Positions 11,428 through 23,094 are shown, counted from the first letter of the stretch. The stretch is DNA of 64,000 nucleotides from Basidiobolus meristosporus CBS 931.73 (GCA_002104905.1 MCFE01000439.1:10442-74441), one strand, 5' to 3'. The notes: a model not told the origin generated them from the letters alone. Numbers and translations are program-made.

Positions 11428-12736
11428 ATCAATTCGATATCTAATATCTGCTTTCCCTCCAATACCAAAATGAAGTGCTTCTTTTCCGTTTCTGTTGCTG
11501 CTCTCGCTTTGGCCACCTACGCTCAAGCTTTCTCCCCAGCCAGACTCATCTGTCTGGTCAACAAGGAGAGAGCCAATCAGGGACTTCGCCCACTGGTGCT
11601 GAGCAAGTGAGTGGATGCAATTTCATCATATGGCAGAGATCAAGAGGGGAGGAGAATGGGTGGTTGCTTAATAGAGCGGTGTGAGGAACTCAAAGATGGC
11701 CAAGGCTTGGTGAGCAGGTAGTGTGTCCGCATTGGTGTAGTGTGTGGTGTTGATGTTGGAGTTAACCCTGACAACGACAGTTTCATCATATCAACTGCCG
11801 CGGTCACCTCTGCAATTACAGTGGTCGCCTTCTGCCTCTCACCGCTTCGCATTGACAACCATGATTGTCACCACCACCCTTCCCTCCAGCTCTCTTATAG
11901 GGTAGCCACGGATAAGATGGATGAACACCATGCTAACCAAGTTTCAACGACTAGTGAGCTGAACGATGTATGCCACCGCCACTCGCTCATGCAAGCCCAA
12001 TACAACCGGATGACCCATGACAGATATGACCACTCGCCCATGGACAAGGCCATCAATGAGCATGGACTAAAATGGACTCAGTATGGTGAGAATGTGGCAC
12101 GTGGCCAGCAAACCGAAGAGGTAGTGATGAATGTCTGGATGCACTCACCACGTAAGTAGAGCATTTCACTAGCTAGGATGGTTGGATGGGTTCCAAGTTG
12201 AGCTCAATCTCCGAGTGAGGTGGCTTGAGTCGAGTCCGATCGAGGTGCAGTGTCCTGGATGCGACGAGATCTGGTTTTCACGATCGCGGTCAAAGATATC
12301 CGAATGAGATTGGGGATGAATGGCCACACTGGGGGATAACTGGATGGAGTAGAGGAGAATGGATTGGGTTGAGTCTAATCAGATTCATCTCATTCCGCTC
12401 CATTCTATCCCACCCCATCCCACTCTATCCCATCCATCCCATCCCATCCCATCCCATCCCATCCCGATGGTCAAGTGAGCAAACCTGATCTACTCCATTC
12501 CAGGGCACTGTGTTGGTTTGAGTTGAGCACAAGCACGAGCATGAGCATGAGTGAGACATGAAAGCGTTGAATGGTGATCACTAACACGACCATTTCCCAT
12601 CCATATAGCACACCGTCGCAACATTCTCAATCCGTCGTTCACCCACATGGGAGCAGCACTTGCACAACCAGGAAACTACTGGACTCAAGGATTCGCCACT
12701 CTCCCAGGTACCTGGAATGCCCCAGTCTGTCCCTAG
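11428..12736 (+). repeat. Right arm of the ~1.3-kb inverted repeat (partner 3231-4519)
   Basis: Reverse complement of the left arm. Similarity ends about 40 bp upstream of the ATG and at the stop codon. Confidence 0.95.
11470..12736 (+). CDS. Secreted CAP/SCP (PR-1/YkwD-like) protein, intact copy B, 153 aa; exons 11470-11606, 11955-12151, 12609-12736
   Basis: Signal peptide MKCFFSVSVAALALATYAQA; LICLVNKERANQGLRPLVLSN|ELNDVCHRHS; YGENVARGQQTEEVVMNVWMHSP|PHRRNILNPSFTHMGAA; YWTQGF. Exons sum to 462 nt. Confidence 0.9.
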
Positions 12737-13015
12737 ACATGAGGAAGATGTAGAGTGTTTAGGTTGGAGCATGGAAGATATGCACAACACCCTACGATAT
12801 CCTTAAAGATTTTTAAAGAATACACTCGATAAACAACCTGCAGCAATTAGATGGAAAATATCCACTTAAACTCGAATAAAGTTCTGATAAAGAATATTGT
12901 AGTGAGATTGGGCAATGAAAAAGCCGAAGTTTTCAAAGTAATTCTCAAGGTCCCTTTTTCGTAACGAAAAAATTACTATATACGGAACCCACCGCTACGT
13001 GAAGACTGCAAAAGA

Positions 13016-13087
13016 TGCCTACTGCCGGGATTGAACCGGCGACCTTCAGTTTACGAGACTGACGCGCTACCACTGCGCCAAGCAGGC
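13016..13087 (-). tRNA. tRNA-Thr(CGT)
   Basis: Reverse complement of the other two copies, with one change (A to G at tRNA position 9). Confidence 0.95.
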
Positions 13088-13302
13088 CTCACACTTTTTG
13101 GAGAAACGCAAGTAAATTACATATATTTTGTAGATTGTGAATTTAGGTGATATCAGAGAACAAATATTTGCTCACCAGATTTTTAGATTGCGGTTGAAAA
13201 ATTCGATTAACAATTGGCAGGTGGAATTGACCTAGTTCAGCCAATTTGTTTACCAACGGTGTACGGCAGCCGAGGCACTTTGGGTCAGCTTAGTAACTTA
13301 CC

Positions 13303-15387
13303 ATGTTCTTACTTCCCCACCGATTCCGGCAGCCACTCTGGCAACTTCTGTCAGTGACAGACAGGGTTCTCGAAAGACGAATCCATACAGGAGCGCTGCT
13401 TCAACAACCGGTGGCCAAGACCAAAGTTAGCAAGCCACGTGTCAAGAGAAAAGCAAGCAAGGCTGAGGTGTTGGCGGTTGAGGAGCCTCCGCTGCCAAAG
13501 ATCGAGGCGCCCCTTGAACCAGTCACCCTCTCGGTGGAGCAGAAAAATTCCATCCGAGAGGCCTTGACGGGTTGTAATGTGTTCCTAACCGGCTCTGCCG
13601 GTGTGGGAAAAAGTTTCTTGCTGCGTTACCTCATAGAGAAACTAAGAGAAGAGGGAAAGAACGTCGCCGTCACCGCTCCAACAGGTTAGCTTACTCCATA
13701 AGTATTGATGATTGACCGGGCGGTTGGTCCTGTTCCGACGGGTTCTAAACAAATTGGCACCTTGAACATCATTTAGGGATCGCAGCGTTTCATATTGGCG
13801 GCCATACAGTGCATCACTTCGCTGGACTCCCTGTACGTAATGTAAGCAACCGTGAGCTGGCTATGATGGTTTCTCGTAACCGGCGAGCGGCCCAGCGTTG
13901 GCGCGATACTGATGTATTGATTATTGATGAAATTAGCATGGTTGGGAAACAACTCTTTGGAACGTTGGACTATATTGCTCGCTGGATAAGGCGTAGCAAG
14001 CAACCATTTGGAGGACTCCAATTGATTGTATGCGGAGATTTCTTCCAACTTCCGCCCTGGTAACTTTACATTTGCATGCATCCCATCTAAAAGGACTAGG
14101 ACCAACGAAAATCTTGTTTCACAGTGGCCGACCTTCAAAAGTGTGTCGACTGCGGACAGGTCTTCCCACAAGAGCACAACACCGAGGACCTTTGCCGAAA
14201 GGCCAATTGCCAACCAGCCTTGGTACAGCATTCGGAATATGCTTTCGAATCCAGGTCTTGGGAAGATATGGATTTTAAAACACACGAATTCACGCAGCCC
14301 TTTCGCCAAAAGGACACGAGATTTGTCGACCTTCTTAATAGCATCCGTGTAGGGAAATGCACTCCGTCCGTAGTTGAGATGCTACAGAAGTGCAAGCGTA
14401 GCTTCACCCCTACCGGGCTGACCAACATCTTGGTAAGGGCTGAATCGAATTGATTGCACGTATACATCCCGTAGATTGACTCTCTTTATTCAAGCCCACC
14501 AAGTTGTATACCCTTCGTAGCCAGGTGGCTGACGAAAACATGTACAATCTCAAAAAGCTCCCCGATAATTCGATCACTTACACGGCGAACCAAGGACCTG
14601 CGAAGGCCAAGATGGAGCATTTAACCTCCTTGCAAGTGACCCAGGCCGATGAGCACCTTATCTTGAAAAAGGGTGCTCAAGTCATGCTACTAGGTTGGTG
14701 TTTCTTTAAAAACCCCAAGTGTGTGCATTACTGATCTCCATTGCATAAAGTGAACGTTGACGTTGAGAAGGGGCTTGTCAACGGCAGTCGAGGTGTGGTC
14801 ATCGGCTTCCGTAGATCTGTTTCCACAAAGACCGTGATCGAGAACGATTCAATGAATCTAATCAACCCGGACCAGGATATTTCCACCACTCTTCCCCTGG
14901 CAAACCTCTATCCGGTTGTCAAGTTCCGAAACGGAGTTACAGCCACAATTGGACCGCACACTTGGGAAGTGGACCTGCCACAAACCGCAGTCAACGAAAA
15001 GCTCGGGATCAAACGCGTTTGGCGGACCCAATTCCCGCTTAAGCTGGCATGGGCGCTTACGGTTCACAAGGTAAGGCAGTGCTCTGTAAATTATCGCATT
15101 CATAAATTGTTAACGGCTCTGTTAGTGTCAAGGAATGACCCTTGATTATGCTGAAGTATCACTGCAAAATATATTCGCCTGTGGCCAAGCATACGTTGCC
15201 CTCAGTCGCGTTCGCTCGTTGGTATGTGGCATTAACCCGATTTCAACAAGACCGGTACTAAGTCATTTCTTAGGAAGGGCTTTATTTGAAGAGCTTTCAT
15301 CCCAGAGTTGTAATCTCCGATGAAAGAGTTCGCAATTTCTATAAATCGCTAGGATCTCAACAGAAGCCTGTTCATTCTTTGGCCTAG
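13303..15387 (+). CDS. PIF1: Pif1-family 5'-3' DNA helicase (multi-exon; apparent +1 frameshift at 14055-14057)
   Basis: NVFLTGSAGVGKS, VAVTAPTG, VLIIDEISM, FGGLQLIVCGDFFQLPP, FRQKD, LKKGAQVML, LVNGSRGVV, QFPLKLAWALTVHK, GQAYVALSRV. The Arg/Leu-rich N-terminus resembles a mitochondrial presequence. Confidence 0.9.
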
Positions 15388-15439
15388 TATATGTAAAATA
15401 GACATATAGACTAATCATTTCTCGAATATGTATTTTAGC

Positions 15440-16183
15440 TCTAGAATGGTTCTCATTCTCATGTTTAGCTTGATTAGACTACTTTTACCCTAACGCTAAA
15501 TCCTTGTCCGTCAAGATATGTTGTTCCACTCCCAACGCAATCATGTATTTCTCCAGTGGTTGCTCAAGTTACTGAAAATATCTCAACAACGTACAAAGAA
15601 TCTCAAATGCGTCTTTTAGTTTATCTAAGAAACGAACCAGTAGGGGATTTCCTCGTGTGTGTGCTCCTTCCTCTTACGATCTCTCCAACTTTGACCAATG
15701 GGAGAGCCCTTCATCCATTGCCAGTAATCAAACAGGCAATAGGAAGTGTGCAGATCTTGCTCAGTTAACTGTAGCTCTAGTAAAGCACGGTCCACTTTGC
15801 TGATAATAATTATGCACCGAAACGTTCTGCAAGGGGTTAACGTAATACTGTTTCTATTCGAGCAGAAACGTCGGAAACGTAGTCAGCAATAACAAAGCGC
15901 CTGTCTGTAACACGAAGTGCAGCCGTGACTTGGGATGAAAAATCAACGTGACCGGCAGAATCATTCAGATTGATCAAGAGTTTACCACCATAGGTCTTCT
16001 GTTTGATATCACCAATGTCCTTTTTGGTAAGTTCGAAGGACATCGAGATAACATTATACCTGTTCCTGCATTTTGACGAGTATCTGTTAGAAGAAATAAT
16101 ACCGTTCTTGAAAACAGAGGTGAGCAATAACAGACATGTTACGAATATTCGTACCTTTTCCATCAAACCACGAATCTGGTCTA
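15440..16183 (-). pseudogene. Degenerate fragment of translation elongation factor 2 (eEF2 N-terminal GTPase region)
   Basis: Across frames: DQIRGLMEK-TNIRNMSVIAH, LINLNDSAGHVDFSSQVTAALRVTD, ETVLR*, IIISKVDRALLELQ. Contains stops and frameshifts, and the VDHGKS P-loop segment is missing. Confidence 0.85.
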
Positions 16184-16695
16184 CATAGCAACATCCATAT
16201 ATTAGCCTAGATTTAGAAGACTTGAAAATACCAATAGTAAAGCAAGTGCAGGCTATCTAAAGGTCATATCTATGAACAAACGATTGGTGCCGGCAGTTGG
16301 AATATGGAGAGGATCGAGTACGACCACCACACCAGCTTCTTTGGTGATATGACTATAGTTGAAATTGACTGGCATACTTTCTATCGTCCGTGGTGGATGC
16401 AGAGCCGACGACTTCAGATTGCGATTTTTGCCAAGCCTTTCATCTGTATCACACGTTGATGTGAATTATGATTCGATAGTTGATATCTAGAGGCCCAATT
16501 GCTAGATGTTAATATGTGATTGGACGGCCTCGGAATTCTTATTGTTCGAAAAGTGGGAATTCTAGTCACAAAGCCTTGTTGGCCGCAATTCCATTCTTTT
16601 GAGGACTGGAGATTTTCGTGTTGTGTGTGCTGTGCCAGCGTCAACGTGAAATTATATATTAGGCTCGATACGGCAAGCAGGTTTCCTTTCAAAAC

Positions 16696-17393
16696 ATGAA
16701 CATGGAAGAAAATGGCGAGGTCAACTTGAACGCTTACCAAGCGGCTTTCCATAGAGTAAGTGGCACCATGTATGGCCCAGTTACATATCTCGTTAACTCA
16801 CCTTTGCTTCAACGCAACAGAAATACCAAGCCTGGCTGGATTCGACCACACCCCACGTCACTCCAAGATGGATCGCATTTGGTGTTTTATTGATCACCTT
16901 CATGCTTAGAATCATCTTTGCCCAAGGATGGTATATCGTCTGTTATGGCTTGGGCATCTATCTGCTCAACCTGTTCCTGGCGTTTTTGACTCCCAAATTC
17001 GATCCCGCTCTGGAGGAGGAGTTGGAAATGGAGGGACAAACAGAGGAAGGACCTTCCCTTCCCACCAAGGCAGATGAAGAATTCCGACCATTTATTCGCC
17101 GCCTTCCCGAATTCAAGTTCTGGTAAGTGGTGGTTTTGGTTGCTTCACTGATAACCCACTGTCTTGAGCTTGCTAACATCTTGCTTAGGTACTCCGCCAC
17201 CAAAGCTACGGTCATATCCATCGTTTGTACCTTCTTTACCTTCTTGGATCTTCCGGTGTTCTGGCCGATTCTGTTGATGTACTTTATCCTTCTTTTCGTT
17301 CTGACAATGAAACGCCAGATCCAGCATATGTTGAGATATAGGTACCTTCCTTTCACCACTGGAAAGAAGCAATACACCAAATCAAACAAGTAG
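16696..17393 (+). CDS. RER1: ER retrieval receptor Rer1 (multi-exon)
   Basis: QGWYIVCYGLGIYLLNLFLAFLTPKFDP; EEFRPFIRRLPEFKFW; DLPVFWPILLMYFILLFVLTMKRQIQHMLRYRYLPF. Confidence 0.95.
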
Positions 17394-17668
17394 ACATACT
17401 CCTCTCTGCCCGTATCTGTTTCGAAGAATGTATCAGAAAATCCACCAAGTTATCTAAATATGCATATTTATTCTTTGTATTATGACATTTTCCAAGAGCC
17501 TGTCGAACCTCGAATGTGTGCCACAGATATCACTCGCTTCCACTCTGTAGCTTTATCTTTCATTCTTCATTAATAAATCAGCTTGGTGCACAAAACGCAT
17601 AGAGGAGGGCTTGGATTCACAGACATCACTAGCATTTTATTCTTGTTGGGAAGGTAGGACGATTGCAG

Positions 17669-18325
17669 TTATCCAGCAACAAGTCTGGTCTCCATCACGT
17701 AGCGTGTGGCAGTCTCTACAGAATCGTACCCGTCAGGTATCTCAATCTTGTGAGGCACACCTGGTAGGTAAAAGCATTTCACCTCCCCGTCACCGGCTAT
17801 GGAGTCATATAAACACCGTCTATCTGTGCATTCAAGGGCACTGATGTGCCTCTCTCCACAAGGAACCCTGTCTGCGGCAAGACGACGTGGCAAGTAGCAA
17901 CGATTTCCGCTAGGGTTGCTTCTCCAGACGCAACCATTATTGGTTCTACATTCGTTGCTTCCCATCCCCTCCCAACCGCAGTTGATGTTATCGTCGCTGA
18001 ACTTCAACCCATCAGGAGGATGTCTGTGAAAGCACTTTGGACTACCCGTCGTGTCGTTACGATAAATGCAGGAAAATGACCTCGTACACTCCTCTGGCCT
18101 CACATCCTCTGGACCGCAGCGTATACGCCTGTAAACTAAACTACTGGGGAAGAAGCAGGAATTCCCGTAACTCCCTGACACCAGAGGAGAGTACTCGCAC
18201 CCGGTACGTCTGTGGCATTGTCTCCTAGTGATCCCTGGCCAGCCGCAGTCAAAACTTTGATCGAAAAATTGAGAAAAGCAGCCATGGGCAAACAAAAGGG
18301 AAAACACTAATCCCAGGACATACAT
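17669..18325 (-). CDS. Secreted protein with four trefoil (P-type)-like Cys repeats, ~218 aa, apparently intronless
   Basis: Signal peptide MYVLGLVFSLLFAHGCFS, then four repeats of pattern CG-x8/9-C-x4/5-C-x-C[FY]. Confidence 0.75.
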   Translation of the reverse strand: MYVLGLVFSLLFAHGCFSQFFDQSFDCGWPGITRRQCHRRTGCEYSPLVSGSYGNSCFFPSSLVYRRIRCGPEDVRPEECTRSFSCIYRNDTTGSPKCFHRHPPDGLKFSDDNINCGWEGMGSNECRTNNGCVWRSNPSGNRCYLPRRLAADRVPCGERHISALECTDRRCLYDSIAGDGEVKCFYLPGVPHKIEIPDGYDSVETATRYVMETRLVAG

Positions 18326-18605
18326 CGTAGCGGGCAAAGGAAAAACCAAAGGTTGGGCGTCGTCCTTTCGATCGGTACGACGATATATAGCAATCACCTC
18401 GCTAATTCCCCGAAGGAGCTCTTGAAACGATGTGCAACCTCAACTCCATACATTGTGCCCTGAGCCATCAAACTCGAGTAGGCTGTTTCATCATAGGACG
18501 GTAATCGCAGACTCAGTGAAATGACAAATGGGCCATAGACTAATGCTTGTTTATTGTGTAGAAGATTTGTCTAGCTAACACAAAAATTATCAAACATCAT
18601 GAAAT

Positions 18606-19227
18606 TTACTTGCGGAGAACGGTGCGGCCAGCCTTCTTGGTGACCTTCTTGGGCTTTTGGGCAGCAAGAATGGCGGAGAGACGACCGAGAGCAGCCTTTG
18701 ATAGAAGGGATGTTAGTTGATGCTTCAAACAGGGGATATGTTTCACCACTGAGAGAACTCAGGTTCATGGTAGATTCACCAAGAGTGGTTATCAAATGAT
18801 GAGGGTTGCTGTTGCAATCAATATACGTCCAGCCTTCATGTTACGAATTGGGTGGATTCTAGCAGATTGCAGGGAAATAATGAACTACACCAATCCTTAC
18901 CTTGCGCAAGTCGGCACGGTAGCCAGAGCGAGCAGTGCTGTTGACGATGACCTTGGCGGCTCTGCGGGAGGATCCGGAGACGGAGGTCTTTTGGAAGGAC
19001 TTGCTGGGCTTGGTGGCAGAGACGGATTGCTTCTTGGTGGTCAAAACGACACCCTTGCCGGAGGGAGCGGCGGTAACACCGACAACCTTGTTGTTGGCCA
19101 AACCAGAGTACTTGAAGGAGTTCAAGTTGGTCAAGTTGTTGGGTTCAGTGGTGAATTGAACTCCGTTGCGCTTAACAAGGAAGCTGGAGTTGTCCTTAAC
19201 GAGGAGCCAGGTGAGATCAGCCGACAT
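18606..19227 (-). CDS. RPL28: 60S ribosomal protein eL28
   Basis: MSADLTWLLVKDNSSFLVKRNGVQFTTEPNNLTNLNSFKYSGL..YRADLRK|AALGRLSAILAAQKPKK; one intron. Confidence 0.95.
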
Positions 19228-19420
19228 TGTATATATCTGTTATATAATTGATTAGTTATCCATGACTGAAGTAAGTTCATCCATCGTGACACGTACATGA
19301 GTCCTCTAGACAGAAGCCGGTTCGAGAAAGAAAGAATAATCAAACGTATGGACGACTCAATAAAGTGTTTCGGATTTCCCCCAGGATCCGGGTGCACTCT
19401 GAAAAAAATGATAAAAAAAA

Positions 19421-19482
19421 ATCCATTGCATTGTCTATTTTATTGACTAGGATCCATTGCATTGTCTAGTTTATTGACTAGG
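19421..19482. repeat. 31-bp tandem duplication upstream of RPL28
   Basis: ATCCATTGCATTGTCTA(T/G)TTTATTGACTAGG occurs twice, starting at 19421 and 19452. Confidence 0.9.
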
Positions 19483-19576
19483 GTGTTCTTTTTGCCAGTC
19501 CATCCGATCGACATATAACTTGGGTTGGCAGCTGGCCCATCTGATCAACATTAGCTTGCATTATGCTCAGCCCCAT

Positions 19577-21177
19577 CTACAACGAAGTATCTTCGGCGTC
19601 GTAATTCTCATTGAGGAGACGGTACAGGTACGAGGGTGGGTGGCCACCGCTGAATCGCAGGGTCAGAGAAGCCTGAGTTAGTGATGAGCTAATAATGGGT
19701 CACTTACACGTTGGTGATGAACAAGCTGACAAGCTCAGGTGGCACGTAGTCAAAATACGGGTTAACCAAATCAATTTTGTCAATCAATTCTCCTAGGAAA
19801 CCAAGTCAGCTAGATACATATTAGACGCAACAATCAGTGCCAACCTTCTTCGTATTGGAGCACTGGGTTTGGTGAAACGCACATGTTAAGCGTATCTGGG
19901 TCGTATGGAAACTGAGGTGAAAGTTTGTACAGGCCCGTGCAAACCGCGACTGGGGTTGAATGATGTTTAGCTGCGGTGGCAATTGTCTGACTGCCAGCAA
20001 CAGCAATGAGTCCTCCATTGGCAAGGACTACGATCGTATATGTAAGAGTTGGTTCACGGTTTATATGTGCGCGGTCGGAAGAAAGCATACCTGCGTGCGT
20101 GCCCAGAATAACCTTATTCACTCTAGAGAGCACGGCGAAAATCGCCGAATCCGGAATCACCGTGGTTTCTATACCAGCAGAAGCGAGGGACCGAGCCATC
20201 TCATGGCCATGATATCTGTTGGTTCGGGATTAGCCTCTGGATGCCACCTCACAAAACTAAACCGAGAAATATCACGAACAAGGGTGCTGTTTCCGCTACA
20301 ATCACTTGGAACTTGCGCTTTTTGGCCGCAGTTTTTAAGAATGTTTCGACCGTTTTTGATTTTCCGCAGGTCATAATAATTTCGCTGGCAACCGTATTAG
20401 CATCGTGTATATATGCAAAGTGCCATGTGATGTACCAACTTTGAATGGATGTGTTCCAACGCCTGTGCCGAAATATTGACATAGATGTTCTCCAGTTCCT
20501 CGACTATCTCTTGAATTCCTTGGATGATTTCGGGCTTGAGAGGTGCTGGGAATTAAGAACAATACCAATCGTACTCAGTAGTCCATCAAACAGTAGAAGC
20601 ATAAAAAAGATATTAAAACTATTTGCAGCTTTGGTTGGCTCCTTCTGAAAATCTCCTAACAAATTGTACATCGAAGAGGAGGAGGCAAATTGTGGTGCTG
20701 GTCTAGGTCCAGACATATGAAATTCGGAATTCTCGCTTTCGTCCGGGGTGGCAAACGCATTGTTTTCCTCACGAATAAGACGTAATACTCTTCGAGTAAT
20801 GTTACCAATGGCGAGCTCTGGTTTGTATCAAAGAGTTAGCATAAGGAATGCGGTATTCATTCATCATTTCGTTCTGAACCTTGGGGTTGAGCATCGATTA
20901 AACGCTTTCCAACAGTTTTCACAGTTTGAATGAGAACGTCTACACTATTCCAACGGCTAATAGAAACCACCTGACGTAGCAATATGGCAGTCTCAACGGA
21001 CACTTGCCAAGAACCTATCACTTGTCTAGAGTTCATAAAAGGCTTTCATTAAATGGCATAGCATAAAGGTAGGTTTTTCTTATTTATCTATGAATAGTTC
21101 ATGTACCTTCTTTTTAGCCTAGCGATAAAATGGTCTATCTGAGCATTGAGGTCTTTAGGAGCAATAGTCACAGTCAT
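19577..21177 (-). CDS. GCD7: Translation initiation factor eIF-2B beta subunit (multi-exon)
   Basis: [18 protein letters not shown]; [28 protein letters not shown]; LANGGL; [10 protein letters not shown]. Confidence 0.92.
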
Positions 21178-21471
21178 GTCTCGAGAAACGGCTCTTCGTT
21201 TGCACTTGATAGTAAGCTTCAGTCTTGCTAAAATCAATAATCTTGAGCAAAACTAGGGTTAGGGGTGAGATGTACAGATTGCCATTTCAAAACCAGGGCA
21301 TATTCAATGCAACCCCCCTTCCCCAAAGGGTGACCAACACGATTGTAATACTAACTAGTGTGTGTATGTGTATGTGTATGTTGGCTCTTCATAGTCACTG
21401 AAATATTCAAAATTTGGATATAGAACAATCGTCAAAAACGAAATACCATTCTAGACTCTTCCTTTGCATAA

Positions 21472-22721
21472 ATGTTAACAAACGAGAGCAGGTTCATCAA
21501 AGAAGTATGGGCGGAGAATCTAGGTCAGGAAATGGCTTATTTGAGAGACTTGGTTGAAAAGTATCCTTACCTTGCGATGGTAAATATACCCCCTTCATGT
21601 GTTTATTAGATTCTATACTCAATGCCACCAACTTGTGCGTCCGTTGATATTCAGGATACAGAGTTCCCTGGAGTTGTGGCTAGACCCATAGGAACATTCA
21701 AAAGTTCTGCTGATTATCATTTTCAAACACTAAGATGTAATGTGGATCTCCTTAAATTAATTCAGCTGGGAATTACTTTGGCCGATGAGAGAGGAAATTT
21801 ACCCCCAGGCACTTGCACTTGGCAATTCAATTTTAAGTTTAACCTGAGGTGACTTTGGCACAGTATCCCTCTTTTTGCCAACCCCCTAACGAAGTACACT
21901 CTCCAGCGACGACATGTACGCTCAAGATTCCATCGATTTACTAACGAAATCTGGAATCGACTTCAAGAAACACGAGGAATTTGGAATTGATGTTCACCAT
22001 TTTGGAGAATTGCTTATCAGCTCTGGCTTTGTGCTTTTTGACGATGTGAAGTGGATATCTTTTCATAGGTTAGAATACAGTTCACTCTTGAATATTACAT
22101 GCCGAGCGGCCTCCAAGTCTAACTGATTGCTCTAGCGGCTATGATTTTGGATATCTGTTGAAGGTCCTCACGTGCAGTCCATTACCTGCAGAAGAGAACG
22201 AGTTTTTCGAGCTGCTACGAATCTATTTTCCAAGTATCTACGATATCAAGTACCTCATGAAAAGTTGCAAAAACTTAAAGGGAGGCTTGCAAGATATTGC
22301 CGATGAGCTCCAGGTACACTTCAGTAACCGACAAACTTCCAACCAACGTTCTAAACGCTATTCAAGGTTCCTCGAATTGGACCTCAACATCAAGCCGGAA
22401 GCGATAGTCTTTTAACGTGCACTACTTTCTTCAAGATGAGACAAATCTTCTTTGATGATCATATCGACGACGAGAAATTCCTGTAAGTGGGCTCGCGCTC
22501 CATCGGCAATTGTCCTTCTTGACTGATTTGTTTCATACAGTGGACACCTCTATGGCCTTGGCTCTGGCAATAGTAATAGCAATACTTCCGCCGCACCCAA
22601 CCCTATGCCTACGCCCGTTGCTGCTGCTTTGACTTTCGGGTCCACAATGCCGGAATTTTCTAACGGCAAGGCTAATGGAATACTGAATTCAATTTTTGCC
22701 AGTGCCGCAACCAGCTCGTAA
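21472..22721 (+). CDS. CAF1: CCR4-NOT deadenylase subunit Caf1/Pop2 (CNOT7)
   Basis: [15 protein letters not shown]|[13 protein letters not shown]; [16 protein letters not shown]; TWQFNFKF; QHQAGSDS motif region. Confidence 0.95.
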
Positions 22722-23094
22722 ACACACACTGTGCCACTATTTCCTTGTTATCGTGTAAAGTTAGTTCCATATATACGTATTACTTATGATGCATCTTATT
22801 CTATTTGTCATATAGTATTCGCACCTCTCACCTCCCACCTCCCCCCCCCACCAATACCACCACCTTTATAATGAACGAGATAATCTCTATTCCTACTTCT
22901 CATATAAATAAATGAAGGCCCTTCATTAGATGAAACCAAACCACTCGTAGTTCATTCCATTGGAACATATGACGTAGGATTAGGGCTTGGAGCCGGGCAA
23001 GCGGATCTGGGGTACATGATTAAAAAATTCTCGTTTCCGACACAATTATATATTCCTGGCGCAAGCAGCGTCTGTCACCTTAAACTTCCTCAAG

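Noticed and set aside
11740-12159. 139-aa ORF as the CAP gene start (and its twin 3779-4225)
   Set aside because: The N-terminal half is read-through of intron 1. Splicing 11607-11954 gives a coherent signal peptide plus CAP domain.
13303-15387. Helitron-derived Pif1 helicase
   Set aside because: No HUH Rep domain. It has ordinary introns, a presequence-like N-terminus and housekeeping neighbours, consistent with cellular PIF1.
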